From positions 50,677,088 to 50,741,087 of the forward strand of contig NC_068995.1 of the NCBI RefSeq assembly GCF_001194135.2: DNA of 64,000 nucleotides. Direction: 5' to 3'. Every line of letters begins with the position of its first letter. Positions within the stretch are counted from its first letter, which is position 1. The notes under the pieces were generated by a model. The model worked only from the letters and a program-made list of their open reading frames with translations, had not been told where the DNA came from and made no database searches. Both the position numbers and the translations under genes were made by a program. This document shows, in pieces, positions 1 to 11,410 of this stretch. The DNA comes from Octopus bimaculoides. Its lineage: Eukaryota.

Positions 1-50
1 ACGAGGCTCTGGCAGGGGATGGTGGCGAACCCTGCTGTACTCTTTCACCC
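1..50 (+). mobile_element. Internal fragment of tRNA-derived SINE family F
   Basis: ACGAGGCTCTGGCAGGGATGGTGGCGAACCCTGCTGTACTCTTTCACC nearly matches the internal part of the full copy at 33816-34199. Confidence 0.8.
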
Positions 51-873
51 ATGTAAACTACTTCAAGCAGCAGTATTTCATTTGTTACACACACACTGTA
101 GTCAGTGAATTAAATTAAATCAGCAAGCGTGTAACTGAAGAGGCAAAGAATTCAAAACTCAAGATTTTATAACAGCTGTAAGTTTGAAAATGTTAACTAA
201 ACTTACATTTCTGGAACATTCTACAAGATTCACCAGAATTCCTAATCAATGAAGTAACATTCCTTGTAGAGTGTTTCAACGTGTATGTTTGGGTGTGTGC
301 TTTTACATGTGTGTGCTTCTGTTTGCAGTGTATACATGTGTAAGTGTGTAGATGCCACTGAGATTTGCTATTTTAATATAAGAAACATTATAATGTTTAA
401 AATTTTATTTCACCCCCTTGCCTTGTCAAGCAATAGCAAAGTTTGGGGTGGGTAGATTGAAAGTTGCTTATCTAAACTGTCCAAGGAACCACACCTTGCC
501 AAATATGTTTAACTGATATCAAAGACATTCTAATATGACATACATTTTGGCTAGGTTTTTTTTTTTCTTTAACAGAAACCAAATGGACACCTACCAAAAT
601 AGGACTATGGGTAACTACTAGAGACTATGGATAACTACCAGAAATCCCTGGTCTCACAGTTGTAATGGGGGGAAATTAGTAGTAGCGATAAACTTTATAG
701 GTATGAAAGTACTGTAATCTAAGCCAAACCATGTTAGAGGCAGAGTGACAAAACTGTTCTATGTGCACTTGTTCAGTAACCAAGCATGACTGTTTTATGG
801 AATTGTCATGCACAGGAAAGATCTGACTATTAGCAGAACCCATTGTGAAGGCTTCCCCACTGCCTTTCATTAG

Positions 874-1119
874 CCAGTAAAGACAAGTAGTTTTCCTCAG
901 TCTGAAAACTATGATGAAAGAAGTCGTACGATGGATTCAAATGAGGACAAGCATTTTCCTCCTACTCCAGCGATGAAATTTTTTTCAAGCTTTTCCTTCG
1001 GAGAGGAAGGTGGAGTTGTGAAAAAGAAGGGGCAGTCCTCCAGTAAATTCACTGAAATGTGGGGGAGAATAGAGAATACAGTCCATGTGAATGGGTCTAC
1101 TCTCAACGGGAACCTTTAA
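874..1119 (+). CDS. Candidate orphan terminal exon (PVKTSSFPQ...NGSTLNGNL*), product unknown
   Basis: 81 open codons after CCTTTCATTAG (alternative acceptor TTTTCCTCAG at 900), ending in TAA. Unique, non-repetitive sequence with AATAAA near 1334. No recognisable domain; the minus strand also has open frames here. Confidence 0.2.
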   Translation, partial: PVKTSSFPQSENYDERSRTMDSNEDKHFPPTPAMKFFSSFSFGEEGGVVKKKGQSSSKFTEMWGRIENTVHVNGSTLNGNL

Positions 1120-1512
1120 GTTAAGGAATGACAGCTGAGAGAAGGCACTTATCCTCTACAATCATTGTAAACCTAAAACTGTAGGATTCCTTGATTAGCA
1201 TTAAGTATGGGGCAAACTTTCTCTTGAAATGGTACATTTTGTATATTGTCACTTTATATTCCATTTCAATGTAAATTGCCACATTTTTGGTAACCTGTTC
1301 TTTTAATGCCATCTCTTTGTCACCTACATGGGAATAAATAGCTATTTTTACTTATCCCAACTCTTTACATTCTGAGTTCAAATCCTGCTGAGATCAACTT
1401 TGCCATCTGTTTCTTTTGGGTCAATAAAATAAAGTTATCAGTTAAGTGCTAGGGTCAGGCCTTGAGCATATATTAGGAATTATTATTATTATTATTACTA
1501 TTATTATTATTA

Positions 1513-1717
1513 AGGTAAAAAGCTGGCAGAATTGTTAGCACACCGAGCAAAGAGCTAAGCAACATTTCACCTGTTCTGAGTTCAAATTCTGCTGAGGTTG
1601 GCTTAACCTTTCATCCTTTTGGGATTAATAAAACAAGTACCAGTTGAGCACTGAGGTTGATGTAATCAACTTATTCCCTTGCCTGAACTTACTGGCCTTG
1701 TGCCAAAATTTGAAACT
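1513..1717 (+). mobile_element. SINE family B (tRNA-like head, central GGTCGATAAA/AAGTACCAGTT-type domain, ATT tail)
   Basis: GTTCTGAGTTCAAAT...CCTTTCATCCTT...AAGTACCAGTTGAGCACTG...GGCCTTGTGCCAAAATTTGAAAC recurs about 11 times in the window; a partial copy lies at about 1355-1460. Confidence 0.8.
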
Positions 1718-1727
1718 ATTATCATCA

Positions 1728-1773
<46 letters not shown>
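1718..1773. repeat. (ATC)/(ATT)n microsatellite; representative of dozens of AC, AT, AG, GATA, AGT and ATT microsatellites
   Basis: Seen directly. Other examples: 2596-2671, 7095-7128, 8522-8570, 9207-9243, 29298-29332, 32624-32670, 54190-54302. Confidence 0.95.
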
Positions 1774-1775
<2 letters not shown>

Positions 1776-2386
1776 GCAACAGCAGCAGAGAGAGAGAGAA
1801 TATTGAATGTAGATTCCAGAGGGTGGGTAAGTTTAACTATTTGTTACCCTAAAATCTTGTGCAATATCTTGTTGCCTGCTTTTTATTTTTTTTATTCTTT
1901 CTGGACCAAATTCCAAAGAAAGTATCGAATGAACCAACTCTAGGGATATGACACAGAGAGGGAGAAAAAGATATTGAGAGTGGCTGAAGCAAAGTCTGTA
2001 ATCTATGAAGTGTTATACAAACATGCATTACTCAAGGGTCTATAACCTCTTTTCCTTAATGAAATACATCAAATGCCAGTCAAGTCATTTGGGTTGACAG
2101 GAAGGAAAACAAAACTGTGACAACGTCTTGATTTCAAATAACATTTCAAGCATTATTACATTATGCTCTTAAGATACATAACAAGATATTCTTTGAAACA
2201 TCACTTTGCTGAAAATATAGTTCCAACCATTTTCAAAGTAACACTATGACTGGGTCTGTAAAATTACTCCAAGTAAATTTAAAAAGAGATATATATATAT
2301 AACATTGTTGAAATATTTGAGAAAATAAAATCTAACATCTATTTTTACTAGTTACAACAGATATTAAAATGTCTATTAAAATGAAC

Positions 2387-2594
2387 AGGCACAAGCATGG
2401 CTGTGTGGTAAGAAGCTTGCTTCTCAACCACATGGTTTGGGGTTCAGTCCCACTGCATGGACCTTGGATAAGTGTCTTGTACTATAGCCTTGGGCTGACC
2501 AAAGCCTTGTAAGTGGATTTGGTAGANNNNNNNNNNNNNNNNNNNNNNNNNNNNNNNNNNNNNNNNNNNNNNNNNNNNNNNNNNNNNNNNNNNN

Positions 2595-2649
<55 letters not shown>

Positions 2650-2862
2650 GTATATATATATATATATATACATGTGTGTTTGTGTCCCCACCATAGCTTG
2701 ACAACCGATGCTGTTGTGTTTACGTCCCCAGAACTTAGCAGTTTGGCAAAAGAGGCTGATAGAATAAGTACCAGGCTTACAAAGAATAAGTCCAGGGGTC
2801 GATTTCTTCAACTAAAAGGTGTTGCTCCAGCATGGCCACAGTCAAAATGACTGAAACAAGTA
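2387..2862 (+). mobile_element. SINE family A, tail type 1 (head + microsatellite + ...CCAGCATGGCCACAGTC...GACTGAAACAAG)
   Basis: Head GGCACAAGCATGGCTGTGTGGTAAGAAGCTTGCTTC...GGTTCAGTCCCACTG (A/B-box-like) recurs about 17 times; contains gap 2527-2595. Confidence 0.85.
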
Positions 2863-3520
2863 GATGGATAGATGGATGGATGGATGATGTCTGTAAATAT
2901 GGTATAATTATCTGCATTTACATTTGTGCATGTTTGTGCATATATATACATATATGTGACAGAGAGGATGTTGGATAAAATGTTTCACATTCCAAATGCA
3001 AGATAATGTGCATGCATGTATGTGTGTGTGTGTGTATGCATGCACATGTATACACAAAATATAAAGAGAGATGAACAAAGAAAGAAAGAAAGAGAAAGAT
3101 AGAGAATTACCAATGTGTCAAGTTAAATATCAGAATTTGTCTTAGGCAAGAATAATAAGTAAAGGGCAACATTGATGTAATATCAAAGTATGATATACCA
3201 GCCTCGTCCCGCTGGTCATAAGTTCAAACTTCGTGAGTGACATTGTTTTTGGAGGGTTAAAACAAGACATTTCATTGTGAGCGAGTGTTTACAACAGCTC
3301 CAGAAACATTTAATCTAAAAATGTTTCAATTACTGAGGATTTGTTGGGGAGGGGTACTATATAGAAAGAGCCAAGGCAAAACAGGAACAACAGTCTACAA
3401 TAAAGGTTAAAGAGTTAACCAGTATAATATAGGGAACATTAGAAAGTTAAATTACGAAGGGGGGGGTGACTATTAATCAATAACATTATTCAAATTATTT
3501 CGGTTAAGTACAAGAGACAA

Positions 3521-3563
3521 TTCCAGACAGGTTTCATTCTTATAATGAACTCATCAGCTAAAC
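3521..3563 (-). ncRNA. Degenerate hammerhead-ribozyme-like motif (Penelope-type)
   Basis: Minus strand reads GTTTAG-CTGATGA-GTTC-ATTATAA-GAAT-GAAA-CCT-GTC-TGGAA; stem II can pair, stem I is imperfect. Confidence 0.25.
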
Positions 3564-4083
3564 ATGGACCATACTATGTTTGCCATAGCAGTCATGAGAG
3601 AATCACAGAATAACTTTACAAGACTTTACACCGATTGATACGAGCCTGCACAGTGTAGAACGGAATTGCTTAAAGAATAACTGAATCAGATGCACCATCT
3701 ACATGGAAAATAGTTAAGCTAATGCTAATTTATTTAATGCATGGGACAGCATTAAAAATCTAACTATGAATAATTACATAATTAAGAAAAAATTCCACAA
3801 TGAGTAACAGTGTTATAGCCAGTTATTCTCTATAAAAACGTTCTTATAACAAAAGTATTATACTATGGTATGTAAGTCCATCATAATGGCCTATAATAGG
3901 GATTAGCAACTCCTTTTTGTAATGGTCTGCTTTTTAGTTTTTATTTTCTCATTGATATTTTTCCATAGCTTAGATACCTTTGGTATCTTGCATGTGAAAA
4001 TATCCCTGCATATTTCATATTCTCATCACTGGCAATGCTTATGCAAGCAACAATTAAACAAGCCATGTCACAAAAGACTTTAC

Positions 4084-4186
4084 CTTAAAAGTCATCGACC
4101 ATTCTAAACACTAAATTTGAAAAAATAAATTCCCAGAAAGATCTGAGGCCCACAAAGAGTAGTGCATTTGATGCCAACTTCCAGAT
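4084..4186 (-). other. Candidate exon (IWKLASNALLFVGLRSFWEFIFSNLVFRMVDDF*)
   Basis: Acceptor TTTGTTATTGTAG|A and donor AAG|GTAAAG; 103 nt, phase-0 frame open until a TAA one base before the donor. No homologue recognised. Confidence 0.2.
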
Positions 4187-4721
4187 CTACAATAACAAAT
4201 ACTGGCAGCATTCTAGCTGGAATCAGAAACTGAGATAATTCTTCTAAATTCAATTGATTTCTTACACAGACAAAGGTTTCGGTTAAGAGAAAGTGAGATA
4301 ACACTGAAACCATTGAAAAAATCCAAAAGAGCAATAAATATGCATGTGAAGTAGTTTGTCAGTTATGCTAAAACTAAGAAACTGGCTTAGCATACTCAGC
4401 ATTCTTCCATAAGAACATTGTTAAATATAACTGTTAGAAATATTTTCCTCTCATTGATTAATTAAACAATTAATTAATTACCAAAATAAAATATTACTTA
4501 ATGAGAGCTATTTAAAAAATTTAATATTACTTTAGACAATTAAGCTGTTGCCAAACAGTTCAATTATTGACTTGATATTTTTTTTCCTCAAAAAAGCCTG
4601 GGGCTTTAATAGAAGACACTTGCCAAAGTGCCATATAGTGGGGCTGAACCTAAGCCCACGTGGTTGGGAAGCAAGCCACTTAACCACACAGCCATGCCTA
4701 TACCGTAGTCTAAAATAAACA

Positions 4722-4828
4722 ATGTCTGAAAAGATGGGATGGTCACAGTTGAAATTCTTTTGATCATAGGTCTGCTCTACCAAACTTAACCTGGACTTAA
4801 ACAACAACAACAACAACAACAGCAGCAA
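4722..4828 (+). mobile_element. 3' end of unclassified retroposon family C with (AAC)n tail
   Basis: GATGGGATGGTCACAGTTGAAATTCTTTTGATCATAGGTCTGCTC...AAACAACAAC; the motif recurs more than 12 times. Confidence 0.7.
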
Positions 4829-5526
4829 CAGCCTATGTAATTATTCTCTGATCTAATCTTTTCCTGTTTTAATTACCTATCAGCACCAGGTTAATTAAGT
4901 ACCTTAGTTTTAACAATAGTCATCTGTAAACCTCACCCCATGAAATTCAAAATCTAATGAAGGAAAAAACTGGTAAAGAATGGTTAATTTTCTTCTATTT
5001 TAGCAAGAGAACAACACAAAAGAAGGAAGTATTGTTGAATATAAGATAAATTAGCACATAGAAATACAAATACAATAAGAAAATTTTTCCAGATTTCTAT
5101 AGATTTAATTTTCATGAGTGGTCTTAGTTAAGTACTGGTTGACTAAAATACTAATCTCATTAAAACCAACTAAAATGGTACTTTAGGTACATCTAAATCA
5201 AATGCTGTTCAATTATAGTTATTGTGTTTTTATCTAATTCCACCCAAGTAAAAGGGGGAAAAAACAAAACAAGATGAAGGTATTTCCTAGAAGAGGTTGG
5301 TCATATAAACTTGGCCAACTTCTAGGACAATGACCAGTTTATCTACATGCTGCTGATTCAAGGAGTGAATAAATCTTTTTCACTATAAATCAATCAATCT
5401 CATACAACAAACAAACAAATTAATAGTTATCACAAGGAGAAGGCTTTAATCTTGGCCAAAATTTAACCACTCCACAGATAACGAACTTAACTCTAAACCA
5501 CTACAACACACACACACTCATTTTTT

Positions 5527-5786
5527 TAATGTCTACTTTTCTTAGCATTGCATGGGTCAGACAGAATTGGTTGAGGCAGAATGTTTATAGCTGGGATGCC
5601 CTTGCTGTTGCCAACCTTCACTTGTTTCCAAGTAAGGTAATATTACCCCCATCGCCAGACAAAGGACATCACTTGTGTGGCTGTGATTCTTGTTTGCAAG
5701 ACACTTGCCCAAGGCACCATACAGTAAGACTGAACCTAAAATCACATGGTTGAGAAACAAACTTCTTAACCACAAGGCCATACCTG
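5527..5786 (-). mobile_element. SINE family A head joined to RTE-like tail type 2
   Basis: Reverse-complement head at 5695-5786; tail motif GGATGCCCTT...GCCAACC at about 5590-5615. Confidence 0.7.
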
Positions 5787-5858
5787 ACTATTCCCTAACA
5801 CTCCGTTGAACCCCAAGTGCGAAACCAATATATACATACACACACACACACACACATA

Positions 5859-6022
5859 CAACAGGCTACTTTCAGCTTCCTTCTACCAAATCTCTACTTA
5901 CAAGGATCTGGTCAACCCAAGATGATAGTAGAAGACACTTGCCCAAGGTGTCACGCAATGGGACTGAACCTGAAGCCATGGGGTTGGGAAGCAAACTTCT
6001 TACCACACAGCTACACCTGCAC
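5859..6022 (-). mobile_element. SINE family A head
   Basis: Reverse complement of the family A head, followed by an AC microsatellite. Confidence 0.8.
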
Positions 6023-6443
6023 TTAGATAATATATCGTAATATGTATGTAGAGATGGAAATAATCACACATTTATATTATCTCTAATACAATATGCTTGT
6101 GTGTGTGTGTGTGTGTACGTGTGTGTGAGGAAAATCAGGGAAACTTAAATTTATATGACCTCTAGTACATATTGGAAATAAATTACAAATTCTTGGAATA
6201 GAATATAAGGAGAAAGTGTTGTAAAAAAAAAAGGTTAAATGTATTATTAGTTATTTTATGGGGGACAAGTAATTAGATTTACAGATAAAGTTAAGCTCTT
6301 CATAATTTAGATATTCATCATGTTAATTAAACATGTAATTTGGTTCCGATGAGAGTAATTAAAATACTAAGAGCGAACAGAGTATATACATTAGAAATAA
6401 ATAGCCCTGACTAAAATGCTTCAAATGATTGTGATGACTTAAC

Positions 6444-6760
6444 CATCATCATCATTGTTTAACGTCCATTTTCCATGCTGGCATGGGTTGGACAGTTTGA
6501 CAGAGGTCTGGAAAGCCAGCAGCTGCACCAAGCTCCAATCTGATTTGATAATGGTTCTATAGCTGGATGCCCTTCCTAATGCCAACCACTCCAAGAATGT
6601 AGTGGGTGCTTTTTACGTGCTACCAGCACAGGAGCCAGTCAGGTAGCCCTAGCATCGATCATGTTTGGATAGTGCTTTTTACGTGCCACCAGCACGGGAG
6701 CCAGTCAGGGGACACTGGCATCAGTCATGTTCGGACAGTGCTTTTTACATGCCACTGGAA
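6444..6760 (-). mobile_element. Retroposon 3' end (family D) with (GAT)n tail and internal 66-bp tandem units
   Basis: CATCATCATTGTTTAACGTCCATTTTCCATGCTGGCATGGGTTGGAC...GGATGCCCTTCCTAATGCCAACC; GTGCTTTTTAC recurs at 6606, 6672 and 6738. Confidence 0.8.
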
Positions 6761-6823
6761 AAAGATGTTAAGGTGTAAATGATATTTTGAAATAATCTAG
6801 GAGGGAAAAATGTACAATGTTTA

Positions 6824-6932
6824 CACTTGGCACTCTGTCAGTTACAATGATGAGAGTCCTAGTTGATCTGATCAACAGAACAGGCTGCTCATGAAATTAA
6901 TACGCAAGTAAGTGGCTGAGCAAACACACGTA
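6824..6932 (-). mobile_element. 3' fragment of SINE family F
   Basis: Reverse complement aligns with about 34088-34195. Confidence 0.75.
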
Positions 6933-6939
6933 CTCTTAA

Positions 6940-7091
6940 CCCTTTTGTTACCATACTTCTGTTGAGATGCTCTGAGTTTCTTTCAATTAATCTTAAATAT
7001 AACAAAGAATTTAGTAAAATAACTTAGTTATCATTTAGCTAGTGTTAGGAACATAACTTGTGACCAAGGTTTGGTAGAAGATTTTAATTCA

Positions 7092-7094
<3 letters not shown>
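6940..7094 (+). mobile_element. piggyBac-like MITE family P2 (partial)
   Basis: TTAA|CCCTTTTGTTACC terminus; homologous in inverted orientation to 12540-12685. Confidence 0.7.
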
Positions 7095-7128
<34 letters not shown>

Positions 7129-8517
7129 NNNNNNNNNNNNNNNNNNNNNNNNNNNNNNNNNNNNNNNNNNNNNNNNNNNNNNNNNNNNNNNNNNNNNNNN
7201 NNNNNNNNNNNNNNNNNNNNNNNNNNNNNNNNNNNNNNNNNNNNNNNNNNNNNNNNNNNNNNNNNNNNNNNNNNNNNNNNNNNNNNNNNNNNNNNNNNNN
7301 NNNNNNNNNNNNNNNNNNNNNNNNNNNNNNNNNNNNNNNNNNNNNNNNNNNNNNNNNNNNNNNNNNNNNNNNNNNNNNNNNNNNNNNNNNNNNNNNNNNN
7401 NNNNNNNNNNNNNNNNNNNNNNNNNNNNNNNNNNNNNNNNNNNNNNNNNNNNNNNNNNNNNNNNNNNNNNNNNNNNNNNNNNNNNNNNNNNNNNNNNNNN
7501 NNNNNNNNNNNNNNNNNNNNNNNNNNNNNNNNNNNNNNNNNNNNNNNNNNNNNNNNNNNNNNNNNNNNNNNNNNNNNNNNNNNNNNNNNNNNNNNNNNNN
7601 NNNNNNNTGTCACATACTTGATTCTACCATTCACCACCACCACCATCACTGCCACTGCCCACAAACTAAGACTTCTAGTTCAGCAACTAATTCCAGAACC
7701 ATTAAGAGTAACCCTTCTCTCTCTCTCTCTCTCTCACACACACACTCCACCCCATCCTACATCCTATCTTTTGCACTACCACCAATTCCACCCACCCCAA
7801 CTAACCAGACTAAATCAGAAGAAAGAAAAGAAAAAAAAAAAGAAAAAACAAAGTAACATGCTGTTGCTCTTGACCCACAAATTACAATTGTCTCTTCACC
7901 ACCACCACCCACCACAAACACCACCACCCCTCCTCACTGGAATAGCTGACTAGCTGGTTTGCAGGCTGACCTGAGAGCCCATTTCCACCGCCCACTCTTA
8001 CACCACTTTACTCCTACAAACCCAGACATTGCAAGTAATTACCTCAGCTCAAACACTATTAGGATTGTTTCTGTAAAACAAGGTCAGCAATCAATTACAT
8101 CCAATGTTTTGTTGGTTTATTTCTGTTGTCTTTCAAAAAAAGGTACCCTTACCTATACCATCCACACCATTACCATAAGTATATGTAATCACCATAATTA
8201 TTGTTTCTTAGACAGCGAAAAATTAAAAAAACCTTTTTATTGTTGTTGTTTTCTAGTAGTAGTAGTAGTAGTAGTAGTAATAGTAGCTGTGAGGTGCATG
8301 CATTTCTGTTTGAAAATTCTTCAGCATGATGTATAATTAATTCTTTTTACTGAGAGACGAGGCCTGAAATTTGTGGGGAGGTGGTTAGTTGATTACTTCA
8401 ACCCCATTTCTTGACTTCTACTTAACTTATCGACTGACTCCAAAAGGGTGAGAGGCAAAAATCAAGCCCAGTGGAATTTGACCTCAGAACATAAAGTTAG
8501 ACAAAATACTGTCAAAC

Positions 8518-8575
<58 letters not shown>

Positions 8576-9176
8576 TCTGGTTATTATTATTTTTTTGTCT
8601 ATGTTTTGTTTGCAACGTCCTGTACTCAGATATGCACCTATATATACAGGTAGATGTAGGTATGCACATACTTGTACGTATATATGCATATACTNNNNNN
8701 NNNNNNNNNNNNNNNNNNNNNNNNNNNNNNNNNNNNNNNNNNNNNNNNNNNNNNNNNNNNNNNNNNNNNNNNNNNNNNNNNNNNNNNNNNNNNNNNNNNN
8801 NNNNNNNNNNNNNNNNNNNNNNNNNNNNNNNNNNNNNNNNNNNNNNNNNNNNNNNNNNNNNNNNNNNNNNNNNNNNNNNNNNNNNNNNNNNNNNNNNNNN
8901 NNNNNNNNNNNNNNNNNNNNNNNNNNNNNNNNNNNNNNNNNNNNNNNNNNNNNNNNNNNNNNNNNNNNNNNNNNNNNNNNNNNNNNNNNNNNNNNNNNNN
9001 NNNNNNNNNNNNNNNNNNATATATACACACACACACACATACACATACATTTATTTATATACACACACACACACATACATTTATTTATATATACACACAC
9101 ACACACACACACATACATTTATTTATATATATATATACACACACACACATTTATATATATATACACACACACATAC

Positions 9177-9243
<67 letters not shown>

Positions 9244-9637
9244 CAGATGCATAGGGACTAACATTTTAGTGTGTGTGTGTGTGTGTATAATGCCAAGAGT
9301 ATAACATTTGAACAGTAAGTACTTCATGATAATATGAAAATTACCATGTCCATGTCAATAATTTGGTTGATAGTCAAGACATTTTCTAAATGGCAATACA
9401 ATGACACTCCGATGACATTTCTCTTGAATTGGAACAGAAAAGAAAAGAAAAAAAAAGAGAGAAAAAGAATGCTGGGGAAAGGGTAACATGGTTGAGCAAA
9501 AAGAGTACTAAGAATGGCGGGGGGGAGTGCTAGATCTATTTTTGATAGATTGTAATTAAGGAAATACATATCAACAGCCTTTAAAAAACTGGATTTTGTT
9601 GAAAAACAAGGAAATTCTTAAGAATTGTTAACCTTAA

Positions 9638-10182
9638 ACCTTTAACATTTAAACCAGCTATATTCAGTCCAAATATTCTACCTGTTTCATGTTCAAAGCA
9701 ACCAAATCAGGCCTCTCACATCTACTCTAGAAAGTCGTTCTAAAAATAAACGAATACAGCATTGAAATCTCAAAGCTACATGATTAATTCAGAACAATGT
9801 GAATAAATAAGCATTTGGACAGAATAATTTGAATACTGAAGGGTGAACCCTTTAGCATTTAAGCTGGCCATATCTGGCCCAAATATTCTACCTATTTTAT
9901 GCTCAAACTGGTCAGATCCAGCCTCTCACACCTACCCTACAATGTCATTCTAAAAGTAAACAATCACATCAAAATGTTGAAGCTGAAATTACTGCAACAT
10001 GAATAAATAGGAATTAATTTAACAGAGAAATCTGAAAGCTAAAGTGTTAAAAGTTAAATTCCAACATTGTTTATTTTTAGAATAACATTGTAAAGGAAAT
10101 GCATGAGATTTGATCTGGCTAGTTTGAAGATAAAGCAGGCAGATGATTTTGGCCAGATATGGCCGGTTTAAATGCAAAAGGG
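9638..10182. mobile_element. Cluster of three piggyBac-like MITEs (family P1)
   Basis: Head-to-tail copies 9638-9843 and 9848-10046 joined by TGAA and ending at TTAA, plus an inverted partial copy at about 10066-10182 ending GGG|TTAA. Confidence 0.8.
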
Positions 10183-10755
10183 TTAAAGAGAAAGAGATGA
10201 ATGCACTGAAATTTTGTGGCTATAGACACAGGCATNNNNNNNNNNNNNNNNNNNNNNNNNNNNNNNNNNNNNNNNNNNNNNNNNNNNNNNNNNNNNNNNN
10301 NNNNNNNNNNNNNNNNNNNNNNNNNNNNNNNNNNNNNNNNNNNNNNNNNNNNNNNNNNNNNNNCATTGAGTGTTTTGAAAAATATTTAATGAATGTTTGA
10401 AATATTTCTTTAGAGAAAATCCTAAGAGCCATCTAAAACAAACACACACACACAATTACATAGGCATCTTCTGCATTTTGAAAGTATTGCATTCCTGAAA
10501 ATCTTGCTGTAACATGGAAATTTTAAACACAAATCTGATTTTCCCATTCACTGCCATGTTACCATACCATAGATGTTGAGAAGAAAACAGAACATAATTG
10601 TTTATTTTTAGAATAACATTGTAAAGGAAATGCATGAGATTTGATCTGGCTAGTTTGAAGATAAAGCAGGCAGATGATTTTGGCCAGATATGGCCGGTTT
10701 AAATGCAAAAGGGTTAAAGAGAAAGAGATGAATGCACTGAAATTTTGTGGCTATA

Positions 10756-11410
10756 GACACAGGCATAGCTGTGTAGTAAAAAGTATGCTTCCCAACCAGA
10801 TGGTTCTGGGTTCAGTCCCACTGTGTGTTACCTTGACCAAGTGTCTTCTACTATAATCCTGGGGCAACCAAAGCCTCGTGAGTAGATATGGTAGATAGAA
10901 ACTAAAAGAAGCTCGTCATATATATCTCAATGGAAAAAGGGGAAGAGGTCAAAGGTCCTTTCTCATAAAGGTGTGTATATTCTTCCAGGACACCAAGCCA
11001 TTGCAGGATTACTTATTTTGCCTGCTGAGTGAACTTGAGCAACGTGAAATAAAGTATTTTGCTCAAGAACACATCACTTGGCCCAGGAATTGAAACCACA
11101 ATCTTACAATCAAGAATACAACACCCTAACCACTAAACCATGTGCCTCTACTATAAATATATATATATATATATAAATACACACATATATACATGTGTGT
11201 GTTTCTGTATCCTTGCCTTGATATCATGTGATAGCTGTAAATGAGCATCACCATCATACAAGCAGTGTCCTTCCATGAAAATAAGTCTGGTCTTGGGGAA
11301 ATATTATCTTACTTGGAAACAGGAAAAAAAACATCTGCCTCGACAAATTCCGTCTGACCTTACCTATGCCAACATGGAAAGGTGGACGTTCAAACAATGA
11401 TGATGATGAC
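10756..11410 (+). mobile_element. SINE family A with tail type 2, interrupted by a family E fragment
   Basis: Head 10756-10920; tail ...ATGGAAAGGTGGACGTTCAAACAATGATGATGATG at about 11190-11410. Confidence 0.75.
10985..11150 (-). mobile_element. tRNA-derived SINE family E (5' part)
   Basis: Minus strand TGGTTTAGTGGTTAGGGTG...GGTTTCAATTCC...GTGTTCTTGAGCAAAATACTTTATTTCA; same body as 63168-63503. Confidence 0.7.

Noticed and set aside
7071-9216. Long ORFs in the supplied track (also 21369-21836, 22518-23207, 35498-35989, 44603-45414, 54172-54903, 55844-56596)
   Set aside because: They span N-gaps or translate microsatellites and low-complexity tracts (HTHT, YIYI, CVCV, LSLS).
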